Assembly (NCBI GenBank): GCA_013265495.1
Contig: MU058482.1
Coordinates: 96,962-160,961 of the forward strand
Origin: Vicugna vicugna
Lineage: Eukaryota
Length of the DNA stretch: 64,000 nucleotides
Reading direction: 5' to 3'
Position 1 is the stretch's first letter, and every line of letters starts with the position of its first letter. The notes under the pieces were generated by a model. The model saw only the letters and a program-made list of their open reading frames with translations. It had not been told where the DNA came from and did no database searches. Below are positions 13,101 through 25,634 of the stretch, in pieces. A program made the translations under genes and the position numbers.

Positions 13101-14439
13101 TAGTCATATCTCCCTCTGATTCTCTTCTTTTGCATCCCTCTTCCATCTTTAAGAACGCTTGAGATTACACTGGGTCTACCTGGATAACTCAAGTGATTTG
13201 TATGCACACTATATTTGAGAAATACTGCTCTCGACCACTGTGTGTTGTAGGACAAAAAGAATCAATGTTAGAAGATGCAAATGGTGAGAGTGGTGTGAGA
13301 ATCTAATTAGCCAGACTCGGGGGCTAAAAAGGGAAATAATAGCAGAGCCTAGGGCCAATTGGATCATTGGCGCAGTATACTATTAATTCAGGTACCCAGA
13401 GTTCTTTATTCTCTGACATCCTGGGGTCTCTATCACTATCTTAGGCACAAAGTTATAAGAGTCAGAACTTGTAATATTCATGAAGACATATCTATTTCAA
13501 AAAGAAGTATTTCCTCTGTGGATGAGAGAATGTACCCCACTACTTATTAAATAAATCTAAGTTTCTAATCCACTCATTAAAAACACTCCACAATTTTCAC
13601 TTCCCTTCCCAGGTGTAAATTCCCTACTATACATCTATCCATGCTATTCTCCAGGTATAACTAATCCACACCCCCTTTGTCCCCTTGTTCTCTGCGTCCT
13701 TGTATAGCTCTAGTGTCTTATGTCTGATTTTTACACATCTTTTAGTACACTCCTAAAGCCAACTTCTTCCTGAATCCCCCTGTGCTTTCCCTAGCAGGAA
13801 GTAATTTATCCCACTAGCAACTGTTTCAGAAATATATCTGTGCCATTCTTGTCATAATTGTCACTTTCTGTTTTGTATTATAGTTATTTGTATGTCTACA
13901 ACTTTAAGATCTGGGACTAGCTTATTTTATCATTTCTTTAGACTAAAAAAAATCTTTCAATTCATCATTTTGAATGAATTAATTAATTAGTTAATCCACA
14001 TATCCATAACCTGTGGACTTGAATGCTCTCTCTACTAATGTCATTGTTTTTGTTTGCTCTCTTACTGGCTTTTACATGCTCTCCAACTTAAATTCTAATA
14101 GAAAATGGAAGTGATACAACCTTCTGACCAAGAATTCTCTGGGCTTCTATACCTAGGGATTTCCAGTAACAGAATCTTTAAATAACACTCCCTTTTGTCA
14201 GTGTGACCTAAATCAAGAATAATAGTAGATAAGTAGGGGTCAACAGTCCCACTTTCAGGGAGTAAAAGCTAAAGTAAATTTTAGTTATATAGTCACCAAT
14301 CACTCCATGTGTGCAAAAGCAGAATCTAGAGAGTTAAAAAAGAATAAGAGATGTCTATATCATTTCCCAAAATGAATATTTGATTATAATTGAGAAATTA
14401 GATCAATATAGACAGCTAATGCAATATATAATGCATTGA

Positions 14440-14950
14440 TTATCAGTTAGTTATAACAAATTGCCACAAACCTAACAAATTAAAACAGCACACATTTATT
14501 ATCTCACAGGTTCTGTGATTGGGACTATGGGCGAGGTGTAGATCAGCCAAGATAAAACTTCATTGAAGACTCAATTGGGGAAGAATCTGCTTTCAAGCTC
14601 AAGGTTTTTTTGGCACGGTTACAGTTCCTTAAGGGCTGTTCAACTGAGGGCTTCAGATCTTATCTGGCTAATGACCAGAGACTTCCCTCAGTCCTTGACA
14701 TATGGGCCTACCCAACATGGCAACTTGTTTCATCAAAACCAGCAAGGAGAGAGTCAGCTAACAAAACAAAAGTCACTATCATATCTAATCTAATCTAATC
14801 ATGAAAGTGACATCCCATCACCTTTACCATATTCTGCTGGTTACATGCAAGTCACAGGTCCTACCAGACTCAAGCAAAGAGGATTGTACAAGGGCATGAC
14901 TACCAGGAGGTGAGACCATAGGCAACCATCTAAGAAGTTGCCCCCACGTA
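14440..14950. mobile_element. MaLR (MLT1-like) LTR
   Basis: 'ataacaaattgccacaaa...cacacatttattatctcacag' and 'gcaagtcacaggtcct' are MLT1 hallmarks. Confidence 0.65.
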
Positions 14951-15664
14951 TAATATCCCAAAATTAGTTACATTTTTTTCACCCTTAAAATGTTCTTAAA
15001 GATGTAACTACTTAACCCATAAATTATTAAACATTTTTAGTTGTTTAAAAGTTTAGCCATAATGGGTAAATGGTACTGGACTAATCCTCCCATCATAAAA
15101 AATAAAAAACTGGATGAAATATGTGAAAAAATAATCTTCAGACATTGGAAAATAAGCAACTCGAGACTGTGATTACCAAGAAGAAACAGATGAGATAAGT
15201 CCTGAATTTCTGCCTGGAAGAATATTCTAGCCTTGCTGCAGAGACTTAGAACTCAAGAAGAGCATGGAGATCTTGCTGAATTAAGGAAACTGTGATCAAG
15301 GAGGCTGAGATGTTTAAAATTTCTTGGGCAAGTTACCAGAAAGATGTGTACTATGGTAGGAAAGTTATCCAGAAAGCTGCAAAGGGGTTCCCTTGACTCT
15401 TAGCTAAACAATAAGCTGTCCATGCACGGGGGTTGAGAACAAATACCAAGCAGTTGTAAATGAAAAAAATTACCAGTTTGTACAGGGTTAGAGAAACCTT
15501 GCATTCCTACCAGCTAGAGAGGACAGACCACTGAACATGCAAAGAACTCAGTAGAGACCCAAATAGGCCATTTTAAGAGTGAGAGTAAACTCACCATAGA
15601 GCAAGAGACTCTGCACCCACTCATTCTAATAAAGCTTAAAAACAAGCCTCAAAAGTTTGCCTCA

Positions 15665-15796
15665 GAGGGAGGGCATAGCTCAGTGGTAGAGCACATGCTT
15701 AGTATGCATGAAGTCCTGGGTTCAATCCCCAGTATCATCATTAAAAATAAATAAATAAACCTAATTTCTGCCCCCCTCCAAAAAAAATTTTTTTTA
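15665..15796 (+). mobile_element. tRNA-Ala-derived SINE (vic-1-like)
   Basis: A box TAGCTCAGTGG, B box GGTTCAATCC, AT-rich tail. TSD aagtttgcctcaga / aagtttccctcaga. Confidence 0.9.
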
Positions 15797-16224
15797 AGTT
15801 TCCCTCAGACTCTATTTCTTGGTCATCTTCTTTATATATACTATTTACTAATTACCTCATCCAGTCCCATGACTTTATACTCTCTACATACTGCTGATTC
15901 CATAAGTTTATGTTTATGTCTCAGACTCATGTAGCATCTCCACTTGGTTGTCTAATAGGAATCTCCAATGTAGCATGACCAAAATAGAACTTTTAATTCC
16001 CACCCTAATAAAAACTTCTCCCTCAGTCTTTCAAATTTCAATTAATGGTACCACCATTTATACAACAAAAAAGTTAGTATTACAGACAAACTCCTTGATC
16101 AAAGTAAATGTTCATAACTTCACAAGAAGAAACAGAAAATGTAAAAAAATTATTTATTAAAGAAAATAAACTTCTAATTTAAAACTTTTCTACAAAGAAA
16201 ACTTCAGGCCCAGATATCTTCTGT

Positions 16225-16770
16225 TCAGGTTACTATTGCTATGTACTTAACTATCCTTAACTCAGTGGAATAAACAACATTTTTATTATGCCTATGTATT
16301 CAGTAAGTCCAGAATTCAGACTGGGCACAGTGGGGATAGATTATCTCTGCTTCATGATGTCTTAGTTAGAAAGACTCCAATGGTGTGACTTGAAAGGCTG
16401 AGGGCTGGGTTTATCTGAAGTCTCCTTCACTCACTTATCTGTTGCCTAGACTAGATTGTCTCAAAGGCTGAACACAGGTGCGACTGTCAATTGGAGTGTC
16501 TGTACATCACTTTTCTCCTAGTTGGGGCTGTCACACATGGTTGTTGAGTTCTGAGAGGAAGCTACCCAAGAGGGAGAATTCCAAAAGGATCAGGTGGAAG
16601 CTGCATGGCCTTTTCTGGTTTATTCTCAGAAGTCACACAGCATCATTTCTGCTGCATTATGTTGGTCATAACTAAGTCACTAAGACTAGATCATATTCAA
16701 CAGGAGGGGAGATAGCAGCTTTCTTCTCAGTGGAAAAGTGTCAAATAATTTGTGACATGTCTGAAAACTC
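16225..16770. mobile_element. MaLR (MLT1-like) LTR inserted in old L1
   Basis: 'ttctcagaagtcacacagcatcatttctgctgcattatgttggtca' is typical of MLT1. Confidence 0.6.
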
Positions 16771-16779
16771 TCAGTTTCC

Positions 16780-18640
16780 CTAATACATTCCATTAAACAT
16801 TTAAATAATAATAAAAATATTACACAAACTCTGAAAACAGAGAAGCAAACATTTCCCAATTCATTTTATGAGGCCAACATTACAACATTATTGGATGCGC
16901 AATCCAGACAAAGACATCATAATAAAATAAAATTTCAGACCAATAACCACCACAACATAGATTCAAACATTCTTCACAACATATCTATAGTGATAGGTGA
17001 AAAGAACAATCTGTAATGTATGAAAAGAAAAACCCATTATGACCACATGAAGCTTATCCCAACAAAGCAGAGTTCAATTAATATTTGAAAACCAATCATG
17101 TAATTCATCACATTAACTGGATTACAAAGAAAAAAGTATATAATCATTTCAATAAATGCAGAAGAGACATTTGATAAAACCTGATACTCATTCATGTTTA
17201 AACTCCCAGCTAACTATGTAAAGAAGAAAGTTTCCTCATGTTCACAAAGGACATTTAGGAAAAGCCTACAGTTAACATCATACTTGATGGTGAAAGACCG
17301 AAAACTTTCCCCTACTATCAGGAACAATGCTACTCAAATCACTGCTACTAAAACTCTGTACTGGAAGACGTGGTCAGTACAATAAGGCAAGAAAAATAAA
17401 TAAATGTCACACAGATTGGAAAAGGAATAAAACTGTCTTTTTTGCAGGTAGCATCATCATAAATGTAAAACCCTAAGGAACCACCAGAACTTATAAGTGA
17501 ATTTAGCGATGTCACAAGATACAAAGTTGATGTACAATTGACCTTTGAACAATGAGAAGATTAATCTTCATGTAATTTATAGCTGGGCCTCTGTACCTGT
17601 AGTTCCTCTGCAGTTTTGGATTCAACCATCCATGTATTGCATAGTACTTAGTATTTACTACTGAAAAATATCCACTTATAAGTGGTCCCAAGCAGTTCAA
17701 ATCCACATTGTTCAAGGACCAACTGTACATAAATTAATTGTATTTCTACACACTACCAATAAACAATTGAAAATTAAATTGACAATAACATCAACAAATA
17801 TAGAATACTTAGGAACAAATTTAATTTAATATATGTTATTACAAATGAAGATGACTAATATTGCTGAGAAAAATTTAAGGAATCTAAATAAATAAATGGG
17901 TATATCATGTTCATGGATTGAGAGGTTGCATATCATTAAGATGTCAATTTTGATTTAAAGATTTAATGTACTCCTAGCCTAAGTTCTAACATTGTTCTTT
18001 GTAGACACGTACAACTTTGTATAAATATTTGTATGAAAATACAAAGGATCTGCAATACCAAAACAATTTTGAAAAAGAAAAAATCTGAGGGCTCATGCTA
18101 CATGACTTCAATATTAGTAAATATTGAAGCTTTATATTAATAAAGCTAGAGTAACCAACACAATGTTCTATTGATTTAAATATAGACATGCAGGTCAATG
18201 GAACAGAATAAAGAATCCAAAAATAAATTCACACTTAAAGAGTCAACTGACTTTCACCAAAGGCACTGGAGTATCTCAATGGGGAAAAAAGACTTTTCAA
18301 ATGGTGCTGGATCAACTAAATAGATTGAAAAAAATGAATCTCAACACTTATCTTTTATAATACATAACAAAGTAAACTTAAAATGGATCACAGACCTAAA
18401 CTTTAAAGCTGAAACTATAAAACTTCTAGAAGAAATCAGATCTTTGGATGCTTGGTTGGGGGTAAAGCGATTGACAGGGAAGGGGCTGAAGAAAGTTTTG
18501 AGGGTGATAGAAATGTTCTATATCTTGTTTAGGGAGGTAGTTACATAGGGTAGCTTTGTCAAATATTATCAAACTGTACAATTTTTAAAAACTGTGTATT
18601 TTATGTGATTAATTTCTACCTCAATAAAGTTTATTTTACC
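16780..18640 (+). mobile_element. Old, decayed LINE-1 ORF2/3' region
   Basis: Degenerate L1 motifs (tcattttatgaggccaacattac, atgcagaagagacatttgataaaa, aaatggatcacagacctaaa) with many stops. Confidence 0.75.
17533..17727. mobile_element. Tigger2/MER8-like non-autonomous DNA transposon
   Basis: Terminal inverted repeats ta-caattgacctttgaacaatg ... cattgttcaaggaccaactg-ta with TA flanks. Confidence 0.75.
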
Positions 18641-19181
18641 TTAAGTTCTAATACATCTCCATCTTGATTTTGTCTAAATAAGTGCTACCAACCAAAAGTA
18701 CAAAATAGACATAGAAATATATGAAAGAATCACTTTCAAAGTAAGAAAATTTAATTCAATATAAGTAAAGGCTTAGCTAAACACTTTGAAAATATATTTG
18801 AAAGCAACATTGAAACCACTATAATGTATAAAACAGATATGATGTACAGCTTTCCAGAGGCAACACCTACAGAACAGCACAAATCAAAAAGTAGTTCTCT
18901 CACAACTTGACCTGTTCCTGAAACTGACTGAGTCTGTGCCCCCAAAGCATGTGTTTTACTAGTGAAACAAAAAGTCTGTTCAAATCTTTTCCAGATCTTT
19001 TTCTGTTCCACCATGATCTTTTCCCTATTTAAATAATAGTTAATAAGTTCCTCTCTTTAATGCAGAAGTCTACCCTGCTCTGTGCCATTTAATCTGATGA
19101 TTTTGATTCCTTACTTTGCTATCTCATTAAAGATATGACCATAATTATATCTGTAATTCCAAGCCCATCATGTGCAAAATT

Positions 19182-20108
19182 TCATGAAGAAACTTGTCTC
19201 TGTCTGAGATGCTTCATGGCACTTTTTACCTCCTCATTCCTCAAGGTGTAAATGAGGGGATTCAGCACAGGGGTGACCACCGTATAGAAGAGAGATACCA
19301 CCTTGTCAATGGAGAAGCTGGTGTCTGGCCGAGTGTAGATGAAAATACATGGTCCAAAGAAGAGGGTAACCACCATGAAGTGGGCTGAGCAGGTAGACAA
19401 GGCTTTCCTGCGCCCTTCAGCTGACTGTTTTCTAAGAGAAACCAAGATGACCGTGTAGGAAGTGACCAAAGCCAGGAAACAGGCGAGGGAGATGGTTCCA
19501 CTATTGGATACAATCAGCATTCCTGTGAGGTATGTATCTGTGCAGGCCAGCTTGATGACAGGAGGAACATCACAGAAGTAGCTGTCAATCATGTTGGGAC
19601 CACAGTAAGGTAGACGGATGGTCAAGAAGGTCTGCACCAGTGAGTGAACAGTACCCCCCAACCAGAGAGCAAAGACAAGCTGTACACAGACCCTCATGCT
19701 CATCACATTGGGGTAGTGTAATGGAGCACAGATGGCTGCATAACGATCATAGGCCATAATGGTCAGCAGAAAGATCTCAGCACAGGCAAACAGATGTAGG
19801 AAGAAGAGCTGTGCAATGCAGTTGTCAAAGGAAATGGTCTTTCTCTCTAAAAGCAAACCCTCTAGCATCTTGGGCACAGTGACAGATGAGTGGCAGATGT
19901 CAACAAAGGACAGATTACTCAAGAAGAAATACATGGGTGTATGAAGACGTGGAGTAAAGACTATGATACCCATGATGAAAATGTTCCCCAAAAGGGTTAG
20001 CACGTACATGACTGAGAATGCCATGAAAAATAGTATCTGGAGCACCCAGTTATCAGTGAGTCCCAAGAAGACGAATTCAGTCACTCTTGTTTGGTTTAGA
20101 GCGTCCAT
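19182..20108 (-). CDS. OR4E2: Olfactory receptor 4E2, 308 aa, C-terminal tail slightly shortened
   Basis: MDALNQTRVTEFVFLGLTDN matches recalled OR4E2, with a full set of OR motifs. Acceptor (T)n-cccccAG at 20131-20130, 21 nt before the ATG. Confidence 0.95.
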   Translation of the reverse strand: MDALNQTRVTEFVFLGLTDNWVLQILFFMAFSVMYVLTLLGNIFIMGIIVFTPRLHTPMYFFLSNLSFVDICHSSVTVPKMLEGLLLERKTISFDNCIAQLFFLHLFACAEIFLLTIMAYDRYAAICAPLHYPNVMSMRVCVQLVFALWLGGTVHSLVQTFLTIRLPYCGPNMIDSYFCDVPPVIKLACTDTYLTGMLIVSNSGTISLACFLALVTSYTVILVSLRKQSAEGRRKALSTCSAHFMVVTLFFGPCIFIYTRPDTSFSIDKVVSLFYTVVTPVLNPLIYTLRNEEVKSAMKHLRQRQVSS

Positions 20109-20361
20109 TCAATGAGCTTCCAAAAGACCCTGGGGGAAAAAAACATGAAAGCTAATTTACCTTTAATATTGTATACTGGAACTAATTGCAGTGACTCTGC
20201 ATTCCTGTCTGAGTTGCTTATTTATTATCAGAGCCTACAGAATATAAGAGCCTTAATATTTTAATCTACTAATAGATCAAAAGACTACTTTCTTTTTTTT
20301 AATCAAATAACAAAAAATTAGTTTTTACCGTAACACCATTAGGATCTGGTTTCACATTTCT

Positions 20362-20648
20362 TTTTTTTTATTGCGTCATAGTCAGTTTAAAAAGTTGTGT
20401 CAATTTCCAGTGTAGAGCACAATTTTTCAGTTATACGTGAACATACATATATTCATTGTTGCATTCTTTTTCGCTGTGAGCTACCACAAGATCTTGTATA
20501 TATTCCCCTATGCTATACAGTATAATCCTGTCAGTATCTACAAATTTCGAACTCCCAGTCTGTCCCTTCCCACCCCACTCCCGCCTGGCAACCACAAGTT
20601 TGTATTCTATGTCTAAGAGTCTGTTTCTGTTTTGTATTTATGTTCATT
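20362..20648 (-). mobile_element. LINE-1 3'UTR fragment, same family as 1-404
   Basis: Reverse complement matches the L1 3'UTR at ~110-400. A T-run at the left end is the poly(A) tail. Confidence 0.85.
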
Positions 20649-21540
20649 TGAAAAGACTATTTTCTTAATAAATGGAGGGTTGACAAATTAATCATGGAGA
20701 TAATATGGGAGTATGATGCCCACATTCTACTATGAACACTGAAGAAAATTAGGAAAGAGGAGTACCTATTCTTTCTGATATATTAATAAGTTCCTCTTTT
20801 AGAAGTACTTGTAGCTTTTTAGCAAGGAGCTCAGTGGTGGAAATAAATTTTTTTAAAGCATCTATTCTGCCCAGGCTTTTCATCAAAACTCCCTGGCGCT
20901 CAGGAAATCATAGTGGTTGTGCTTTTTTCTAATACCAACAATGATTTGTCATGGAGTCTTTCCTAGAATAACAAAGGTTTGATGGAATATTACAAACAGA
21001 AGCTGTTAAAACCCACAAAGAAACCAGCAAGACTCGATGTTAAAAAGAACGATGAGTGAAAAGAACAAGAAAAATTACCAGCTATAGACATGCCTACCAG
21101 ATGCTTTCTCACATCCTTCCCAGCTACCATCATCACCATAGCTTCACAGAGAGCTTGAGACTTGAAGAACTGAGAACCTCCACATACATATGTATTAATA
21201 GGGTACAAGTGCTGACTTTCAAGTCCTCCATTATGCCTCCCTTTGTTCACTTTCCAAGCCTCTACTTCATTCGCTTTCTTCTCTAGGTCTCCAATATCTT
21301 CCAGCTCTAACTCACTGAACCTAGACTTCTGGTCTTTACTTCTCTTGATTCACCCTTATACCTTTGATGCCACATCCATCTTGACATCATACTTTTATAT
21401 ACATTCTCATTAGGAAAGCCACATAGCTACATAATGGAAAATGAAATGGGAAGAATACCCATAATCCCATAACCTAACTTAATTGCTATTATCATATTAT
21501 TGTTGTCTTTGTTTTAATTTTGTTGCAAACATATAATTCT

Positions 21541-21923
21541 ACACTTTTATATTTTCCTGACACAAAATTTAAAGCTTCAAGTTAGTATCAGATCATATCT
21601 CATAAAGTATGCAAAAATAAATACTTTCTGTAATAAATGTTTGTTGAATGAGTTATTGGTCTTTGAGTAACAGATTTTGGAACCTGTTCAGGTACAGTTC
21701 TAATGGTAGTTGATGATTACAGTGGAATGGCAAGTAGGCTTAGCTCTTCTTTACTTGCCCGGAAGAAGGCAGAAGTATTGAAAAGGACAAATGCAAAATT
21801 CACAGAGAAAGAAAAAGATTAACAAATCCAGAGACCAACATCACAATGGTGAAACTAAATAGAAAACCAGTTACTACTGTCCAAATCAGGATGTGTTTTA
21901 TTTTGCGTTTTAAAAAATATTTT
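21541..21923 (+). repeat. Left arm of long inverted repeat
   Basis: Reverse complement of 23334-23734. 21653-21905 is identical by manual comparison. Confidence 0.95.
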
Positions 21924-23333
21924 GTTTTCTTTCCGTTTCATTTCAAAAGAAATTATGAAAGAAGTGGATGAAAGAATATTATTACAATTAGCTAAGTTCC
22001 CCCTGCATAGTTGGAAAAAATTGGTAAGTTTTATCACTTCTTTACTTGCATTTTGTGGGTATGCACATGCGCACATGGGACTGAGCAAGACCCAATCTCC
22101 ATCACTTGTTTCATATGTTGCATAAGTGTGTGGTGTTTAGAAGTTTAATAGAAGGCCTTTTAACTTATGAGAACTATTTTAACCTTTCTTCTATCTCAGA
22201 ACTCAATATAGTTTTTCAATGCATTGCTTTCTACAAAGGCACCGACCCCCCTGTCCCCCGCCACAAACACACACACCTCCAAGAGTCCTCAGAATGCATG
22301 GGGTTATGCCTTGTCACGTTTTAGAGTTTGCCTCAGTACCTGTTTCTTTTTCTAGTTATCAAAAGAGTAAAAGAATTACAGAATTTGGGGATTGGGAGGA
22401 ATCAAGATCATCATTTCCCTCTGCCTCTTTGTATTGGAATCTCTAGCACAGCTCCTGGCCAGGCACTACAAAGGTTCATAGAGTGAAAGTTGAGTATAAT
22501 ACAACCATCCGAAGAAAGAATGCGTCTCTTCTACTGGCAGATGGCCATTCAGTCTTTGCTTGTTTGTCTAAGCAAAAGAGTCCTTATTACCACCAGAGAA
22601 AGCCTATCTTTTCTGTGCTCTGAAAGTCAGCATATAGCTTAGATTTGGACTATTCTGGAGAAGATATGGAAGACGACAGCTGAGGCATGATAGCTCTGCT
22701 CCCCTGGGCTTCCCTACCCAGTTTCACTCTCTGGGACGTAACTCACCATGACTATGTATCCCTGTAATGTGTGAAGGAGTGCTGTTGAGTGCTTTCTCTG
22801 TGTGCAGAGCAGGACACCACTGGTTCTCACCTTAAACAATCCTTACTTTTAAAACCACAGAGCAGCTTCTTTCTTAGAGGTTTCTTTTCCTGTTTTGATT
22901 AGTGACCAGAGAGATGATATTATAATATACTGTGAAGAAACAAATCTTTAAAAAACAATGCAATATACTGTGAAGAATAAAATCTTTGAAAAAGAAGCTT
23001 AGTATAATATATGAAAAGATTTAGGAGTTAGTCTAGCTCAGCTCTCTTTAGGCAACTGCTGAGTAGTGGAAAAATCTAAGGGCAGGGGAACTGGGACAGA
23101 GTTCCAATTCTGCCATGTAAAAGCAAGGCAAGCCACAAAACTTCTCTGAACCTTAACTACATTCCATTTTATTAGAGAAATAAAGCTGTCGAAGTTTAGT
23201 GTGTCCTTATGAACTTCCACCTTATCTTTTCTTTAGGGTTTAAGCCCTTGGCGTTCAACTGACAAGGCAGTTCTCTCACACAAGATCCTTCTCAGCAAGA
23301 TCTTGGCAACTCAGGATTTTATAAATAAAATAT

Positions 23334-23734
23334 AAAATATTTTTTAAAACCCAAAATAAAACACATCCTGATTTGGACAGTAGTAACTGGTTTTCTATTT
23401 AGTTTCACCATTGTGATGTTGGTCTCTGGATTTGTTAATCTTTTTCTTTCTCTGTGAATTTTGCATTTGTCCTTTTCAATACTTCTGCCTTCTTCCGGGC
23501 AAGTAAAGAAGAGCTAAGCCTACTTGCCATTCCACTGTAATCATCAACTACCATTAGAACTGTACCTGAACAGGTTCCAAAATCTGTTACTCAAAGACCA
23601 ATAAGTCATTCAACAAATATTTATTATAGAAAGTGTTTATTTTTAATTAAAATAAATAAATTTCATACTTTATGAGATATGATCTGATACTAACTTGAAG
23701 CTTAAAATTTTGTGTCAGGAAAATATAAAAGTGT
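23334..23734 (-). repeat. Right arm of long inverted repeat
   Basis: Reverse complement of 21541-21923, with a few substitutions and an ~18-nt AT-rich indel in the outer part. Confidence 0.95.
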
Positions 23735-24094
23735 TTTGATTGTGGTAATCATGTCACAACGGATATGTATATAAAAATCATCATATTGTCACTTTAAGTA
23801 TATGTAAAATTTTTATTTGTCAATTATAATTCAATAAAGCTGGGGGGAAAGTTTTTAGGGAGTTGTGTCAAATTAAACCCAGTTAGTCTTGAGGTCTATT
23901 GTTGTCCCACCGAACCAAAAAACATCAACCAGTGAAGACCTATTTTGTGAGTCAATATATTTAAAAATTCGGATTCTGCTTCTTTCTATTCTTTTAACCA
24001 ATTCATCTATCATATCTCTGGTACACAAGGGCAAGTCACTTGACTTTATTTTCATGATCTGGAAAGTAGGTAATAATTTTATTATTTTACTTAC

Positions 24095-24560
24095 TGTGAT
24101 GATTAATTTTTTGTGTCGACTCAGCTAAGCCATAGTACCCAGTCAAATACTGGTCTAGATGTTGTGAAGGTGTTTTTCAGATGTGATTAACATCTAAATC
24201 AGTAGGCTTTGAGTGAAACAGATTACCCTTTATAATGTAGGTAGGCCTAATACAACCAGTGGAAGACCTTAAAAAAAAAGATTAAGATCTCCAGAAGGAA
24301 TTCAGCCTCTGGACTGTCCTTAAACTCACAACTGCAAGACTGACTCCTACCAGAATTCCAGCCTGCTGGCCTGCCCTGTAGACTTCAGATTTGTCAGGTC
24401 TCACAATCACATGAGCCAGTTCCTTAAAATTAATCTCTCTCTCCCTCTTTATATATATAGATAATTTATTTCAATCAGTAGATGATAGATAATAAATAGG
24501 GAGAAAGAGAGAGAGAGAGAGATCCTATTGGTTATGCTTCTTTGGAGAACACTAATTACC
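24095..24560 (+). mobile_element. MLT2-like (ERVL) LTR with internal microsatellite
   Basis: Begins tgtgatgattaattttttgtgtcgac..., contains 'gatgtgattaacatctaaatcagtag', and ends near 'cctattggtt...ggagaac'. Confidence 0.75.
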
Positions 24561-25634
24561 TTCCTTGCAATGATCTTAAAGGTGGGAATGTGATTTAAGT
24601 TTAGGAAAGTTTAGATATACAGGAAGATCACTGTTCAATTATCAGGAGTTAAACTTCTCTTGAAGATTATATTATCCACTCTCTTCCTCCCTCAACATCT
24701 GCCTTAAATAAGTAACAATAATCATTGTCACTTTATAAAAGTGAGGCAGAAAGAGAAGAGGAAAACTCAGGGTCATAAATCAAATCAATCAACCTAGTAG
24801 CTCTATTAAACTCTAGCTCTCCTTTAAAGGCCAAAGCAATATTCAATGAATAATCAGTAACTTTTATTTATAGACTTTTCTTGCTTGTTTAAAATAGATT
24901 TTCCACTGACATCAAACATCAAACACTTACCATCTATTCCTGTACCTTCTCTAATGATTCAATTCTCCTCTCATACCCTATTACAGAAGCCTAGGATGTT
25001 AAATCATAGAGCACAAAATTCTGCACAGGGAGAATTTCAGGCTTGACAGCTTTGAGATTTTTATCTACCTGATACAGGATTTTTGAAGTGATCATTGCAT
25101 GCCTATAACTGAACTTGCCATCAATGGAAACTCAGGGGTATTATTAAAAGTTTTCCATTTCAGTGAATTTCCTGTTATTAGGCTAATTCATTTAACAACT
25201 TAATAAGTGGGCAATAAAACCAGCAGCCTTTAAATATGGAAGAGCTCCAAATCTTTGGCAATTAGCATAACATCAGTTTTACTTAGCCACGTACTAACCC
25301 CTGCAATACACACGAGGGATTCAAAGTCCACTGACAAGTGAAAGCTCACGCATGAGTACTAAGTAATTAGTATCAATCCATACGCTCCCAAAATGACCAA
25401 TAAGCAGCCTGGAACTTGGTTTCCAGAAATATCTGTCGCAGCACTTCCTCGTTTGTCTTTTCCATTGCTTGAGTAAAAGCTCAGAGAAAAAATATAATCC
25501 ATGCTTTATAGATTGCCTATGTGAGGTAACCTTTTTAAATACAGCAAGAATATCAAAATATTTTGTAACTAGCTAATTTTTAAATCCCCTTAAAAGAATT
25601 TTGACTATTCAAAGCAAAAATACAATATAATACA

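Noticed and set aside
15665..15740. tRNA-Ala-like sequences here and at ~618, 30530, 49838, 50243 and 63266
   Set aside because: Each has an AT-rich tail and stem mismatches, and most have target-site duplications. They are SINEs, not tRNA genes.
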